Assembly: GCA_039588295.1 (NCBI GenBank)
Contig: JBDHAB010000004.1
Coordinates: 128,001 to 192,000, forward strand
Direction: 5' to 3'
From: Gemmatimonadota bacterium
GTDB lineage: Bacteria; Gemmatimonadota; Gemmatimonadetes; Gemmatimonadales; GWC2-71-9
Length of the DNA stretch: 64,000 nt
Below are positions 18,745 to 28,640 of the stretch, piece after piece. A program made the translations under genes and the position numbers. Each line of letters starts with the position of its first letter. Within the stretch, counting starts at the first letter, position 1. The notes below the pieces were generated by a model, which worked only from the letters and a program-made list of their open reading frames with translations, ran no database searches and was not told where the DNA came from.

Positions 18745-21114
18745 TCAGTGAGCCACGGGGTCTCTACGCCAGACTCGCGACCTGCGATCGGACTTGGGTG
18801 GACCGCCGTCCTGATCGGAACGGCTGCGGACCGCGTCCAGCGTCTCGCGGACTTGTCTGGCGAGTGCCTCCGGGGTGAACGGCTTATGCAACAAGGTGTA
18901 GCCGGACTCGACTATCCTGTGACCGAGGAGGGCGTCGTCGGAATAGCCAGACATGTACAACACTTCCGTTTCGCATCGGAGTGCTTTGACCTTTTCGGCT
19001 AGCTCCGGCCCGGACATCACCGGCATGACCACGTCAGTGAGCAGCAGGTCGATCTTCCCCTCATATCCGGCGACGAGCGATAGGGCGATGCCCGGGTCAG
19101 AGGCCGCGAGGACTTTGTAGCCGAAGCGCTCCAGGACCCTCTGGACGAGCTCCCGCAAGCAGTTTTCGTCTTCCGCGACGAGGATCGTTTCGGTGCCGCC
19201 GATGCAGACAGGCTCCGTGCAATCCGCGTCAGCGGCCTCCGTCCCCTCCTGCGCCAAGGGTAGGTAGACCGTGAAGGTCGTGCCCGCTCCAGGTTTGCTG
19301 CGGACCGTGATGTTCCCCTGACTCTGGGAAACGATGCCGTACACCGTCGACAGGCCCAAGCCGGTTCCTTTGGCGGGCCCTTTCGTGGTGAAGAAGGGAT
19401 CAAAGATGCGTGCCTGGGTGGCTTCGTCCATGCCGACCCCGGTGTCGCTGACGGTGAGCATCACGTAACCGTCCGCTGTGGGTTCGAGACGTTCGCGCTT
19501 CGCGGACGTCGCGTCCACGTTTGCAGTTCTGAGGGTCAGCGAGCCGCCTTGGGGCATGGCGTCGCGGGCGTTGACGACGAGGTTGACAAGTACCTGCTCG
19601 ATTTGCCCAGGGTCGGCAACGATGCACTCGGGTGCCGCGTCGAGCTGGGTCGTGAATCCGATGTCTTCGCCGATCAGACGTCGCAGCATCTTGTCGATCC
19701 CGGTAACGACCGCATTCAGATCGAGGACCTTGGGCTGAATCACCTGCTTGCGGCTGAATGTCAGGAGCTGACGGGTAAGCCCGGCGCCTCGCTGGACGCT
19801 CTGTTGGATCTGCTCGATGTCTTCGTGCGCTGGGTCGTTGCCATCGAGGTTCAACGAGAGAAGCTCGGAGTAGCCGCTGATCGCCGTCAGCAGGTTGTTG
19901 AAGTCGTGGGCCACACCGCCAGCCAGTCGCCCGATCGCTTCCATCTTCTGGGCTTGGCGCAGCTGATCCTCGCTCTCACGGAGCGCCTGTTCTGCTCGGT
20001 GCCGGTCGCTGATGTCGACGTAGTAGTGGATCAGCCGGGTCACCGTGCCATCCTCGCCGAACATCGGACTGAAATAACAGATCAGGCGTCTCTCGGTTCC
20101 CTCTGCCCCAGGAACCGTTTCTTGGACGCTGACAAGCCCGCGCCGTTCTAGGCATTGCCGCATTGCTCCTCTCGTGCGGCCGCCGATACCTGAGTCGACA
20201 CCCTTCTTCGACCAATAGTCCTCTGGACTCTTGCCGATGAGCCACTCGCGTTCACGTCGATCGGATATCGCTGCGGGATTGACGTAGAGGTAGCGGTAGT
20301 CGAGGTCGAGCACTCCCACCTCGGCTGGTATGCTGTCCAGTATTTGCTGCTGCTGGATGTTGACAAGCTTCATCTTTTGCTGAGCGGCCTGCACCCGCTC
20401 GACCATTCGGTTGAACGACTTGGCCAACACACCGACCTCGTCCGTCGAGGAGATCGGTGCTCGTACCGAGAGATCACCCTCGGCGAGCCGCTCGGTCGCT
20501 CCCACCATGGTCCTCAGCGGGCCTGTGACCAACCTGCTGACGATTAGGACCGCGAGCAATCCGCAGCAGAATACGAGCGCGCTCACGATCTGGACGGTCT
20601 GTTGCAGTCCCTGCGCCTTCGTCAATACCGCCTCCGTCGACATGGCAAGATAGATCGTGCCGATCTCGCGGCCGTCGAATCGGATGGCTCTCATGACTTG
20701 GTAGGCCTTGCGGTCGGGGGAAAGGCCCGACGCGGCCATGGCTCGAGTGGGGATGGTCAGCGCGACCACGTCGGAGCGTAGTGAGACGAGGATGCTGCCG
20801 GCGTTGTCGAACACCTCGATGTACATAACGTCTTCGTCCGCCAGAACGCCCTGTAGTGCCGCCTCAATGCTTCGCTGGTCCTCGAAGAGCACAGCCGACC
20901 GCACGTTGAACGCCGCCATCGTGCCAATGCCCTCAGCGCTGTGTGCGAGGGCCTGAATCGCCTCCCGCTCGAATGACGCCGGGAAGTAGAGATAGATGAA
21001 CCCGGAGATGGCGCCGATGACCAACGTGAAGAGCCCGACGAGCTTGCCTTGAACCGTGACGAGCCTACGTCGGCGCGGAGCCGATGTGGGAGGCTGGGTC
21101 ATCGTCGCCGGCAT
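18745..21114 (-). CDS. Hybrid sensor histidine kinase (HAMP-PAS-HisKA-HATPase-REC)
   Basis: Two TMs; [29 protein letters not shown]-terminal receiver (LLTDVVMP). Confidence 0.93.
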   Translation of the reverse strand: MPATMTQPPTSAPRRRRLVTVQGKLVGLFTLVIGAISGFIYLYFPASFEREAIQALAHSAEGIGTMAAFNVRSAVLFEDQRSIEAALQGVLADEDVMYIEVFDNAGSILVSLRSDVVALTIPTRAMAASGLSPDRKAYQVMRAIRFDGREIGTIYLAMSTEAVLTKAQGLQQTVQIVSALVFCCGLLAVLIVSRLVTGPLRTMVGATERLAEGDLSVRAPISSTDEVGVLAKSFNRMVERVQAAQQKMKLVNIQQQQILDSIPAEVGVLDLDYRYLYVNPAAISDRREREWLIGKSPEDYWSKKGVDSGIGGRTRGAMRQCLERRGLVSVQETVPGAEGTERRLICYFSPMFGEDGTVTRLIHYYVDISDRHRAEQALRESEDQLRQAQKMEAIGRLAGGVAHDFNNLLTAISGYSELLSLNLDGNDPAHEDIEQIQQSVQRGAGLTRQLLTFSRKQVIQPKVLDLNAVVTGIDKMLRRLIGEDIGFTTQLDAAPECIVADPGQIEQVLVNLVVNARDAMPQGGSLTLRTANVDATSAKRERLEPTADGYVMLTVSDTGVGMDEATQARIFDPFFTTKGPAKGTGLGLSTVYGIVSQSQGNITVRSKPGAGTTFTVYLPLAQEGTEAADADCTEPVCIGGTETILVAEDENCLRELVQRVLERFGYKVLAASDPGIALSLVAGYEGKIDLLLTDVVMPVMSGPELAEKVKALRCETEVLYMSGYSDDALLGHRIVESGYTLLHKPFTPEALARQVRETLDAVRSRSDQDGGPPKSDRRSRVWRRDPVAH

Positions 21115-21117
21115 GAC

Positions 21118-21813
21118 CTACGAGTCCCCGGCAACGATCTGAGACAGCTTCAACAATTCGGAGCTGAAGTCCGCGCCTTCGGCGTTGGCGCCGTCCAGAT
21201 TGATCAGGATCTTGGGTCGACCGGCCTCGGAGCCGATCCCGACGGCAATACCGTTCGCGACGTACTCCGGAACGCCAGTGATCGTGAGGATGTGTCGCCG
21301 CCGGCTGAGGTTCGCGAGGGCACCAATGCTCACGGCGCGGAGTGGTGCGATGTAGAGCACGTCCAGGTCGTGCTCCACCGCTGCCTCCGCCAGGCGTGCT
21401 GTGTCGCGGAACGCGAGCGGTACGCAACGGACGGGAAGTCCGGTGATCTCCGTTCCGATACCGCTGCGATGCGCCTCGAGGAAGGCATCCCGCGCGTTGA
21501 GCGACGATCGGAACTGGTCCTGATAGACGATGCCGATGACGATCTCGTCGCCCACCCGGCTCTTGAGCTCATGATCGAAGCTCAGGATTCTGGAGGCCAA
21601 GGAGATCTGGAGGTCGACTGGGACGGGCATGTCCTGAGCCCATGCCAGCGTTGGGGCGACTACTAGAGCACAAAGCGCAAGCCACCGTCCCCTGCATCCG
21701 ATGGCCCCCCCGAGTGCGGACGGTGGCTTGGATGGCCGAGGTCTCCTCGTGTCGCTAACCTTCGGGACGCAACCGCCCGATGTGCTGCGCATGAACCGTT
21801 CGTCGGAACGCAT
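21118..21813 (-). CDS. YfiR/DUF4154-family periplasmic protein
   Basis: Signal peptide ending LAWA|Q; C-terminal KILINL...EGADFSSELLKLS typical of YfiR-like proteins; lies between the TonB receptor and the kinase. The start is uncertain. Confidence 0.75.
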   Translation of the reverse strand: MRSDERFMRSTSGGCVPKVSDTRRPRPSKPPSALGGAIGCRGRWLALCALVVAPTLAWAQDMPVPVDLQISLASRILSFDHELKSRVGDEIVIGIVYQDQFRSSLNARDAFLEAHRSGIGTEITGLPVRCVPLAFRDTARLAEAAVEHDLDVLYIAPLRAVSIGALANLSRRRHILTITGVPEYVANGIAVGIGSEAGRPKILINLDGANAEGADFSSELLKLSQIVAGDS

Positions 21814-21824
21814 TGGCGGCCGAC

Positions 21825-23810
21825 TTACATCTTGGCGGTCAGAGACAGTCGGTACGTGCGCCCGTTCTGGGGTATCCCGTTCTGGATGTGTTCCCACCCT
21901 CCCGGTGTTTCGTAATAGGCGTCGAAGACGTTACGGACAGAGAACGACGCCTTGAAATGCCTCAGCAGTTCTCTCGTCGAGATCGTGATGTTGGCGAGCC
22001 AAAACGAGTCGGTCGTGGTTCCCCAAACGGTTCCGCGCTGATGGTCGTAGCTGATCTGGGCCGCGGCGGTGACCTTGTCGAAGAATTCGTACGTTGCGCC
22101 GACGCGGAGGAGATGTTTGGGGCAGTTGCTCAGAAGCTCGTCTGTGTCGGGGACTTTCGCATGCTGGAACGCGTAGCTCGCATACGCACTGACCCCGAAT
22201 GGGAAACGGGCGGTGAGCGCCGCTTCTGCCCCCAACGCGTTAACCTGCTCCACGTTCTCGAACGTTCCCAAATCGTCCGCCGGATCGACCGTTTCATCGA
22301 TCAGATCCTTGATGCGGTAGCTGTACAAGGAGACGCTCCCTGCCACCGCTCTGCTCACCCGCTGCTGCCAGAGCAGCTCCAGTGTGCGTATTCTCTCGGG
22401 CCTCAGATTGGGGTTGACCTTGAACCAATCCTCCTCCTCGTAGTGCGACTCGTAGCGGTGCGGGGCGCGGAACGCCTGACCGTACAGAAGTTTGATCGTG
22501 CTCGACGGTGTCACGTGGTAGACTACGGCGCCGCGCGGCGAGACTGGTGTGCCTTGGTCTGAATACCGGTCGACTCGGATGCCGAGTGTGAGCGCGAGGG
22601 TCGAGGTGATCTGAGATTCGTTTTGCGCGAAGGCAGAGTAGGTGGTGAATGGCCAGTCGCCGGTAAACGCATCGCCTTCCTCGTTCCGCCACCGGTAGTC
22701 GGCCCGATGGTCGCGCCTGAGCTCCCCGCCGAAGATGATTCGGTGCGCTGGGCTCACGTCCCAGCGAAGCTGGGCCTCGCCTCCCGACCACCGACCGTCT
22801 GAGGCATCGGCCCACATCCCTCCATCGGACGGCTCGTAGGGATAGAATCCGTCGTAGCTGTAGCGGTCGTGGTAGGCCCGGATTCGGACGTGTTTGTCGA
22901 CGCCCAGATCGCGCTCGAATTTGAGCTCGGCATACGAGCGCTCGTCGATGGTCTCCGCAGCGTCGTCGTTGAAGTTCACCTCCCAAGGTGCGGTGGGGAT
23001 GCCTTTCTTGCGCGATGTGCCGAGCAGTGCCAGCGTGAAACCCCGGTAGCCCACCTTCGCATGCACCCCGTAGTCCTGATCCCAGTCGAGGCCCTCGGAG
23101 ACGCCGTTGTTCGTCACCGGATCGTCGAACTCCGCGAAGTAGAGATCCTGGCCGTTGGCGTCCCGCCAGGTCGCCATCACGGAGACGTCGACCCCGCCCG
23201 CGAATTCACGGCCCATCAGCGCCGTGCCCTGGCGGTGGGTGAAGCTCCCGTACTCCGCCCTCGTGCTCACACCGTCAATGGACCCACCGCGTTTGGTGAC
23301 CACGTTGATCACGGCGAGCATCGCGTTGCTGCCGTATAGTGCCGAACCTGGACCGCGGACGATCTCAACCCGTTCGAACATGTCCGTGCTGAGTCCGAGC
23401 GTGGTTTCCAGGAACGCGGACTCGTAGATGTTCTCGTTCATCGGGTGCCCATCGAGCAGCAGGAGAACACGGTTGTTGTAGTCCGTGGGCCGGCTGAAAC
23501 CTCGTACGCCGAGGTAGAAGTAGTTGCGGTCGTAGCTGGCGTAGAAACCGGGCTGATTCGCCAACGCCTCTCCCAAAGTGCCATAGCCGAAATGCTCGAT
23601 CTCTTCGGCCGTGAGGACCGTGACGGCCGCGGGGGCCTCGCGCGTCGTTTGGTTGTACTTTGCCGCCGCGCTCACCCGAATGTTCAACAGCGAGTCGAGA
23701 GCCGACAGGTCGGCCAGCGCCTCGGGTTCCTGTGCGCGTGCCGGCTCGGCAGGAATGGAGCCCCAGAAGATCATTGCTCCGAGAAGGGCGAGCAGGATTC
23801 TGTGGCGCAT
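21825..23810 (-). CDS. TonB-dependent receptor
   Basis: Signal peptide; plug motifs (EAPAAVTVLT, ERVEIVRGPGSALYG, AVINVVTK); barrel end NVFD...GRTYRLSL. Confidence 0.93.
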   Translation of the reverse strand: MRHRILLALLGAMIFWGSIPAEPARAQEPEALADLSALDSLLNIRVSAAAKYNQTTREAPAAVTVLTAEEIEHFGYGTLGEALANQPGFYASYDRNYFYLGVRGFSRPTDYNNRVLLLLDGHPMNENIYESAFLETTLGLSTDMFERVEIVRGPGSALYGSNAMLAVINVVTKRGGSIDGVSTRAEYGSFTHRQGTALMGREFAGGVDVSVMATWRDANGQDLYFAEFDDPVTNNGVSEGLDWDQDYGVHAKVGYRGFTLALLGTSRKKGIPTAPWEVNFNDDAAETIDERSYAELKFERDLGVDKHVRIRAYHDRYSYDGFYPYEPSDGGMWADASDGRWSGGEAQLRWDVSPAHRIIFGGELRRDHRADYRWRNEEGDAFTGDWPFTTYSAFAQNESQITSTLALTLGIRVDRYSDQGTPVSPRGAVVYHVTPSSTIKLLYGQAFRAPHRYESHYEEEDWFKVNPNLRPERIRTLELLWQQRVSRAVAGSVSLYSYRIKDLIDETVDPADDLGTFENVEQVNALGAEAALTARFPFGVSAYASYAFQHAKVPDTDELLSNCPKHLLRVGATYEFFDKVTAAAQISYDHQRGTVWGTTTDSFWLANITISTRELLRHFKASFSVRNVFDAYYETPGGWEHIQNGIPQNGRTYRLSLTAKM

Positions 23811-24316
23811 GGGTGCCTCGGCGAAAAAGGGAGGTCGTTGTGGGTTAATCGCTGGAGGGGCAAATCATGGTGGCGTTCTTGAGATCAGCGATCCGACTCA
23901 TCGGACGCACCATGTTCGGTTGCCCCCAATCCGGATTCCTCTAAGAGGCAAACTGTGTGCGAGGTTCGCGGGCTTTGGTGACGCACCGCACACCCACACG
24001 CACGACCGCTTCGGCGGGCGCGTGGCGGCGGTCGCATCGAGGCCTGCAACCCGGTGTCACCCTTAGGGTTGGAATGGTGGATCGGCGCCTGCGGCGTGAC
24101 GCAATGGCGCAGATCTTCACGCGTGTTTTCCCGTCATGGGCGTCGTGGTCTTGCGGCCACTCATGGAGGGCTGGGGAAAGCCGCCGGATTCTGCCACTCT
24201 GGGTTGCATGCTTCAACCCGCCGCGGCCACCGTCCCGGCCATCCCGCGGAAGCTGCTGGACGCCATTGCCGGTTTCTTGGACGTCGGCAGGGCTCCCGGC
24301 GAGCCCCAACATTCCT

Positions 24317-24366
24317 AAAGGATCCTTAATATAATAAACTAAATATTACAATAATACTATGCTACA
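24317..24366 (+). promoter_or_regulatory. AT-rich promoter/operator region of the sulfur operon
   Basis: Strongly AT-rich tract in GC-rich DNA containing the dyad TAATAT-N10-ATATTA (24327-24348) and TATAAT/TACTAT hexamers. Confidence 0.5.
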
Positions 24367-24438
24367 TTGCTCGTCGGTTGCCAGCCGGCAGCGCCGCTGT
24401 CGCCAGGCAGGAGACAATATGGAAAGGGGGGCAGCGCT

Positions 24439-25770
24439 GTGAAGCGCATGGTAATTCTCGGTGCGGGCACCGCAGGCACGATCATGGCGAACCGCCTGCG
24501 GAAACTCTACAAGCGACAGATCCGCGCCGGAGAGATGAGCATCTCGATTGTCGATCAAGACAATCAGCACGTCTATCAGCCGGGTCTGCTGTTCGTTCCC
24601 TTCCAGACCTACACGCCCGAGGATACGGTCGAGCCGCGGAGACACCACATCCACGAGGAGGTGGACTATGTCACGGGCGAGATCGATCGGGTAGCGCCCG
24701 ATGAGGATCGTGTCTACCTGAGCGACGGTCGCACGCTCGACTACGACATTCTGATCCTAGCGACGGGCACGCGGGTCGTTCCCGAAGAGACCGAGGGGCT
24801 CACGGGCGAGGGCTGGCACGAGAAGATGTTCGAGTTCTACACACTCGAGGGCGCGACGGCGCTCGCCGACGCGCTCGACACGTGGGAAGGTGGACGCCTG
24901 GTTCTCAATATTGTTGACCTCCCCATCAAATGCCCGATTGCGCCGCTCGAGTTCGTGTTCCTCGCGGACGACTACTTCACCAAGAGGGGCATGCGCGACC
25001 GTGTGCAGATCACGCTCGTGACGCCGATGGACGGTGCCTTCACCCGTCCGCTGGCCGCAAAGGCGTTCGGTGACCTCTTGGGGGAGAAACGCATCGAGTT
25101 GGTCACCGAATTCAACACCGGTGAGGTCGACGGCCCCAATGGCAAGCTGATGTCGTGGGACGAGCGCACGGTCGACTTCGACCTGCTGGTGAGCGTTCCG
25201 TTGCACCTGGGTGCCGCCTACATCGGTCGCTCGCCCGGATTGGGTGACGACATGGACTTCGTGCGCACCGATCCGAACGCCCTGCAGGCGAATCGCAAGG
25301 ACAACATCTTCGCGCTCGGGGATGCGACCAACGTCCCGACCTCGAAGGCCGGCTCGGTCGCGCACTTCCAGGCGGAGGTCCTCGAGGAGAACATCCGGCG
25401 GTTCGTGGCCGGTGAGGAGCTCGAGCCCGCATTCGACGGTCACGCCAACTGCTTCATCGAAACCGGGCACGACAAGGCCGTGCTCATCGATTTCAACTAC
25501 GACGTCGAGCCGCTGCCAGGGAAGTTCCCGTTTGGGGGGGTCGGACCGCTGTCGTTGCTGAAAGAGACGCGGCGCAACCACTGGGGCAAGCTGGCGTTCA
25601 AATGGGTGTACTGGCACATGCTGATGCCGGGACGCGACCTCCCGGGGGTGACCACACGTCTCAGCATGCGTGGCAAGCGGCGCGGAGACCTGCCGAAACT
25701 GGAGCGGCACCCCGTGCAGGGTGGGGCGCCGGACACGGGAGCATCCAAAGAAGAGGCGCACGTCGCCTGA
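24439..25770 (+). CDS. sqr: Sulfide:quinone oxidoreductase-like flavoprotein
   Basis: GAGTAG FAD motif, HVYQPG, KCPIAPLE, FALGDAT, SKAGS and HANCFIE (two catalytic-type Cys). Confidence 0.85.
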   Translation: MKRMVILGAGTAGTIMANRLRKLYKRQIRAGEMSISIVDQDNQHVYQPGLLFVPFQTYTPEDTVEPRRHHIHEEVDYVTGEIDRVAPDEDRVYLSDGRTLDYDILILATGTRVVPEETEGLTGEGWHEKMFEFYTLEGATALADALDTWEGGRLVLNIVDLPIKCPIAPLEFVFLADDYFTKRGMRDRVQITLVTPMDGAFTRPLAAKAFGDLLGEKRIELVTEFNTGEVDGPNGKLMSWDERTVDFDLLVSVPLHLGAAYIGRSPGLGDDMDFVRTDPNALQANRKDNIFALGDATNVPTSKAGSVAHFQAEVLEENIRRFVAGEELEPAFDGHANCFIETGHDKAVLIDFNYDVEPLPGKFPFGGVGPLSLLKETRRNHWGKLAFKWVYWHMLMPGRDLPGVTTRLSMRGKRRGDLPKLERHPVQGGAPDTGASKEEAHVA

Positions 25771-25794
25771 CACAGGCATGGAGGAGAAGAGGAG

Positions 25795-26109
25795 ATGACA
25801 GCGACATTTGCAGGCCATCAGGTCGACGTCGACCACGAAGGCTACATGCAGAAACCAGCACAATGGAACAAGGAAATCGCCGCCGAAATGGCGCGCGAGG
25901 TCGGGATCGAGACGCTCACCGAGCGGCATTGGCAGGTCGTTGAGTTCGTGCGGTCCCGCTACCTCGAGACGGGCTCGGCGCCGTCAATCCGCTCGCTCGG
26001 GAAGGAGTCCGGTGTTCCGGTGAAGGAGCTCTACAAACTCTTCCCCAAAGGACCCGCCAAGCTCGCCGCCCGCATCGGCGGCATCCCCAAGCCGCGCGGC
26101 TGCATCTGA
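25795..26109 (+). CDS. TusE/DsrC-family sulfur-carrier protein with a single C-terminal Cys
   Basis: VDHEGY...W...LTERHW...LYKLFPKGPAKLAARIGGIPKPRGCI; only the penultimate Cys is present. Confidence 0.9.
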   Translation: MTATFAGHQVDVDHEGYMQKPAQWNKEIAAEMAREVGIETLTERHWQVVEFVRSRYLETGSAPSIRSLGKESGVPVKELYKLFPKGPAKLAARIGGIPKPRGCI

Positions 26110-26131
26110 TTTGGAGGCAAGGAGTCACACC

Positions 26132-26644
26132 ATGACCAGCACCGTCATGCCCGAGCCGACCACCGCGGTCGAGGGCCGGGCCGATTCAATCCAAAAGGTC
26201 TCGATCATCATCTCCAAGGGGTCGCTCGAGGGAATCTACCCCGGCCTCATCATGGCCAACGGCGCCCGCATGGAGGGCATCGAGGCGAACGTGTTCTTCA
26301 CGTTCTTCGGCATGGATGCCATCACGAAGAAACGACACAACGCCATCAAGGTTGCGACGGTCGGGAATCCGGGATTACACATCCCGACGCTGCTCGGAGC
26401 GATCCCCGGGATGTCGGCCTTCGTCACTAGTCAGATGAAGAAGGAAATGGAGAAGCTGGACATCCCGCCGATTCCCGAGTTCATCGAGATGATTGCGGAC
26501 ACCGGCGCCGGAATCTACGCGTGCCTGGCGACGGTGGACATGTTCAAGCTCAAGAAGGAGGACTTCGTCGATCACGTGACGGATATCATCACTGTCGGCG
26601 AGTTCTACGAGATGGCCGCCGGGGGCGAGATCGTCTTCACCTGA
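26132..26644 (+). CDS. DsrE/DsrF-family (DsrE2-like) sulfur transferase
   Basis: AAGGAG RBS; SIIISKGSL, VFFTFFG, IYAC...DMF; C-terminal IVFT. Confidence 0.88.
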   Translation: MTSTVMPEPTTAVEGRADSIQKVSIIISKGSLEGIYPGLIMANGARMEGIEANVFFTFFGMDAITKKRHNAIKVATVGNPGLHIPTLLGAIPGMSAFVTSQMKKEMEKLDIPPIPEFIEMIADTGAGIYACLATVDMFKLKKEDFVDHVTDIITVGEFYEMAAGGEIVFT

Positions 26645-26816
26645 GCCCCCGGCAGAGCAGTTGAGAGACGGCCCGGTTGGCCTCCTCCACCCGACCCATG
26701 CCCCCCGGGAAGGTACGAGAGGAACGCCTTCCGGGCCGTCTGTACACTCCCTGGCGGCCTCGCCCGCCGCGCTCAGCCCACTACCTTATCGGGATCGCCA
26801 GAGAGGAGTCTTCGGT

Positions 26817-27347
26817 ATGCCAGTGCCCCACATTGCTCGGCCCGACCCGTCCGAATACGTCCCCTACTTCGGCAGGTACGTGGAGTTGGTGCCGGACGGT
26901 GACATCCTCGCACTCCTCGAACGGCAGATCGGTGAGACCGCGGCCCTCCTCGCCGGTCTCACCGAGGAGCAGGCCAACGCGCGGTATGCAGTGGGCAAGT
27001 GGAGCATCAAGGAGGTGATCGGGCACGTGGCCGATACCGAGCGGATCTTCGTCTACCGCGCACTGCGATTCAGCCGTGACGACCACACACCGCTTCCCGG
27101 GTTCGAGCAGGACGACTTCGTGGCCGGTGGCAACGCGCACCGCCAACCCCTCACCGCTCTCCTCACGGAGCTCGAGAGCGTGCGGGCGGCCACCCTCACG
27201 TTCTTCCGATCGCTGGATGCAGACATGCTGCTGCGCCGGGGAACGGCAGAGAACAACGCGATCAGCGTGCGGGCCATCCCGTTTATCCTGGCCGGTCACG
27301 AACGCCACCACGTGACGGTCATCGAGGACCGCTACCTGCAGGGTTGA
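26817..27347 (+). CDS. DinB-family protein
   Basis: YAVGKWSIKEVIGHVADTE and GHERHH metal-binding histidines. Confidence 0.88.
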   Translation: MPVPHIARPDPSEYVPYFGRYVELVPDGDILALLERQIGETAALLAGLTEEQANARYAVGKWSIKEVIGHVADTERIFVYRALRFSRDDHTPLPGFEQDDFVAGGNAHRQPLTALLTELESVRAATLTFFRSLDADMLLRRGTAENNAISVRAIPFILAGHERHHVTVIEDRYLQG

Positions 27348-27535
27348 ACCGTCCAACGATGCAACGAGCCCTTTTGGCGATCTTTGTGCTGGTCCTGCTG
27401 GCGGCGGACTGGGTCGCGGTGCACGATATTCTCAAAGGAGAGCCCGACACCACGGGTGAGTATCTGGTAGTGGGGTTCAGCGGTGTGGTGTTTGGCGTAT
27501 TGCTGGGTCTGTGGAGACGATCGCGGCGTGGGTAA
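27344..27535 (+). CDS. Small two-TM membrane protein, hypothetical
   Basis: Two hydrophobic stretches with a basic C-tail; overlaps the DinB stop; alternative ATG at 27359. Confidence 0.55.
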   Translation: MNRPTMQRALLAIFVLVLLAADWVAVHDILKGEPDTTGEYLVVGFSGVVFGVLLGLWRRSRRG

Positions 27536-27544
27536 GGGGGAACC

Positions 27545-27593
27545 GGTCCCTGGTCCCTGCTCCCTGCTCCCTGCTCCCTTCTCCCTTCTCCCT
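27545..27593. repeat. Heptamer tandem repeat (NNTCCCT) x7
   Basis: GGTCCCT x2, GCTCCCT x3, TCTCCCT x2, immediately upstream of mtnA. Confidence 0.85.
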
Positions 27594-27611
27594 TTCCACT
27601 ATCTTCTACCT

Positions 27612-28631
27612 GTGCCAATCGCTCCCATTGCCTGGATCGCGGATGGTGTGCGCATCCTCGATCAGACTCGGTTGCCTACGGAGGAGCACTATCTCGACCT
27701 CCGCTCCATCGACGAGGTGGCAGAGTCGATTTGCATGCTCCGAGTGCGCGGCGCGCCCTTGATCGGTATCGCGGCGGCAATGGGGCTGGCTGCGGCGGCG
27801 GGAACGGCGGCGCGCCGCGGCATCTTGTCATCGGGCTGGCTGGACGACGGCGCACGTCAACTTGAGGAAACGCGGCCGACCGCCGTCAACCTCCGCTGGG
27901 CTCTCGATCGGATGCGGCTGACGGCGCGGTCGGCGTTTCAGGGGAACCGTGAGCAGCAGCACATCGCCGATCTGTTGCACGACGAGGCGCAGCGGATCTG
28001 GGACATCGAAAGCGGTATGTGCGTCGCCATCGGCGAAGCCGGTGCGGAGCTCCTCGCCTCGGGGTTCACGGTGCTCACCCACTGTAATGCTGGCGCGCTC
28101 GCCACGGGCGGCCTGGGGACCGCGCTCGCCGTCATCTATGTCGCGTCGGAGCAAGGCAAAGGAATCGATGTGGTTGCGACCGAGACGCGGCCGCTTCGCC
28201 AAGGCGCGCGTCTGACGGCGTGGGAGCTGGCGAAGGCGGGGATCCCGGCACGGGTGATCGTCGACAGTGCCGCGGCGTCGCTCATGGCTCGAGGTGAGAT
28301 CGACGTGGTGCTCACGGGGGCGGACCGTATCGCCGCGAATGGTGACGTCGCCAACAAGATCGGCACCTACGCCCTCGCGGTTCTGGCCAATGCGCACGGG
28401 ATTCCGTTCTATGTTGCCGCTCCCCGCAGCACGTTCGATCTCACGCTCGCGTCGGGGGATCAGATTCCCATCGAGGAACGATCGGCCGAGGAGCTGCCCG
28501 CGGCCTCGGGCGTCGCGGTGTACAACCCCGCGTTCGACGTCACGCCCGCACAGCTGGTGCAGGCAATCGTCACCGACAAGGGCGTGGTGCGGCACCCCCT
28601 GCTTGACGGGATCAACGAGATGTTCGGCTAG
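27612..28631 (+). CDS. mtnA: Methylthioribose-1-phosphate isomerase
   Basis: LDQTRLP, VRGAPLIG, RPTAVNL, THCNAGALAT, ETRP, GADRI, NKIGT and NPAFDVTP motifs. Confidence 0.95.
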   Translation: MPIAPIAWIADGVRILDQTRLPTEEHYLDLRSIDEVAESICMLRVRGAPLIGIAAAMGLAAAAGTAARRGILSSGWLDDGARQLEETRPTAVNLRWALDRMRLTARSAFQGNREQQHIADLLHDEAQRIWDIESGMCVAIGEAGAELLASGFTVLTHCNAGALATGGLGTALAVIYVASEQGKGIDVVATETRPLRQGARLTAWELAKAGIPARVIVDSAAASLMARGEIDVVLTGADRIAANGDVANKIGTYALAVLANAHGIPFYVAAPRSTFDLTLASGDQIPIEERSAEELPAASGVAVYNPAFDVTPAQLVQAIVTDKGVVRHPLLDGINEMFG

Positions 28632-28640
28632 GGGACTCGC

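Noticed and set aside
23811..24316. Cobalamin or other riboswitch upstream of the TonB receptor, or a gene in this 500-bp gap
   Set aside because: I could not find the conserved riboswitch boxes on the minus strand. The ORFs here lack convincing starts. A faint GHS...FNP resemblance to a phosphoesterase remnant is too weak to call.
25795..26109. DsrC as evidence of dissimilatory sulfite reduction
   Set aside because: The second conserved Cys is absent (AARIGG where DsrC has a Cys), and no dsrAB/dsrMK is in the window.
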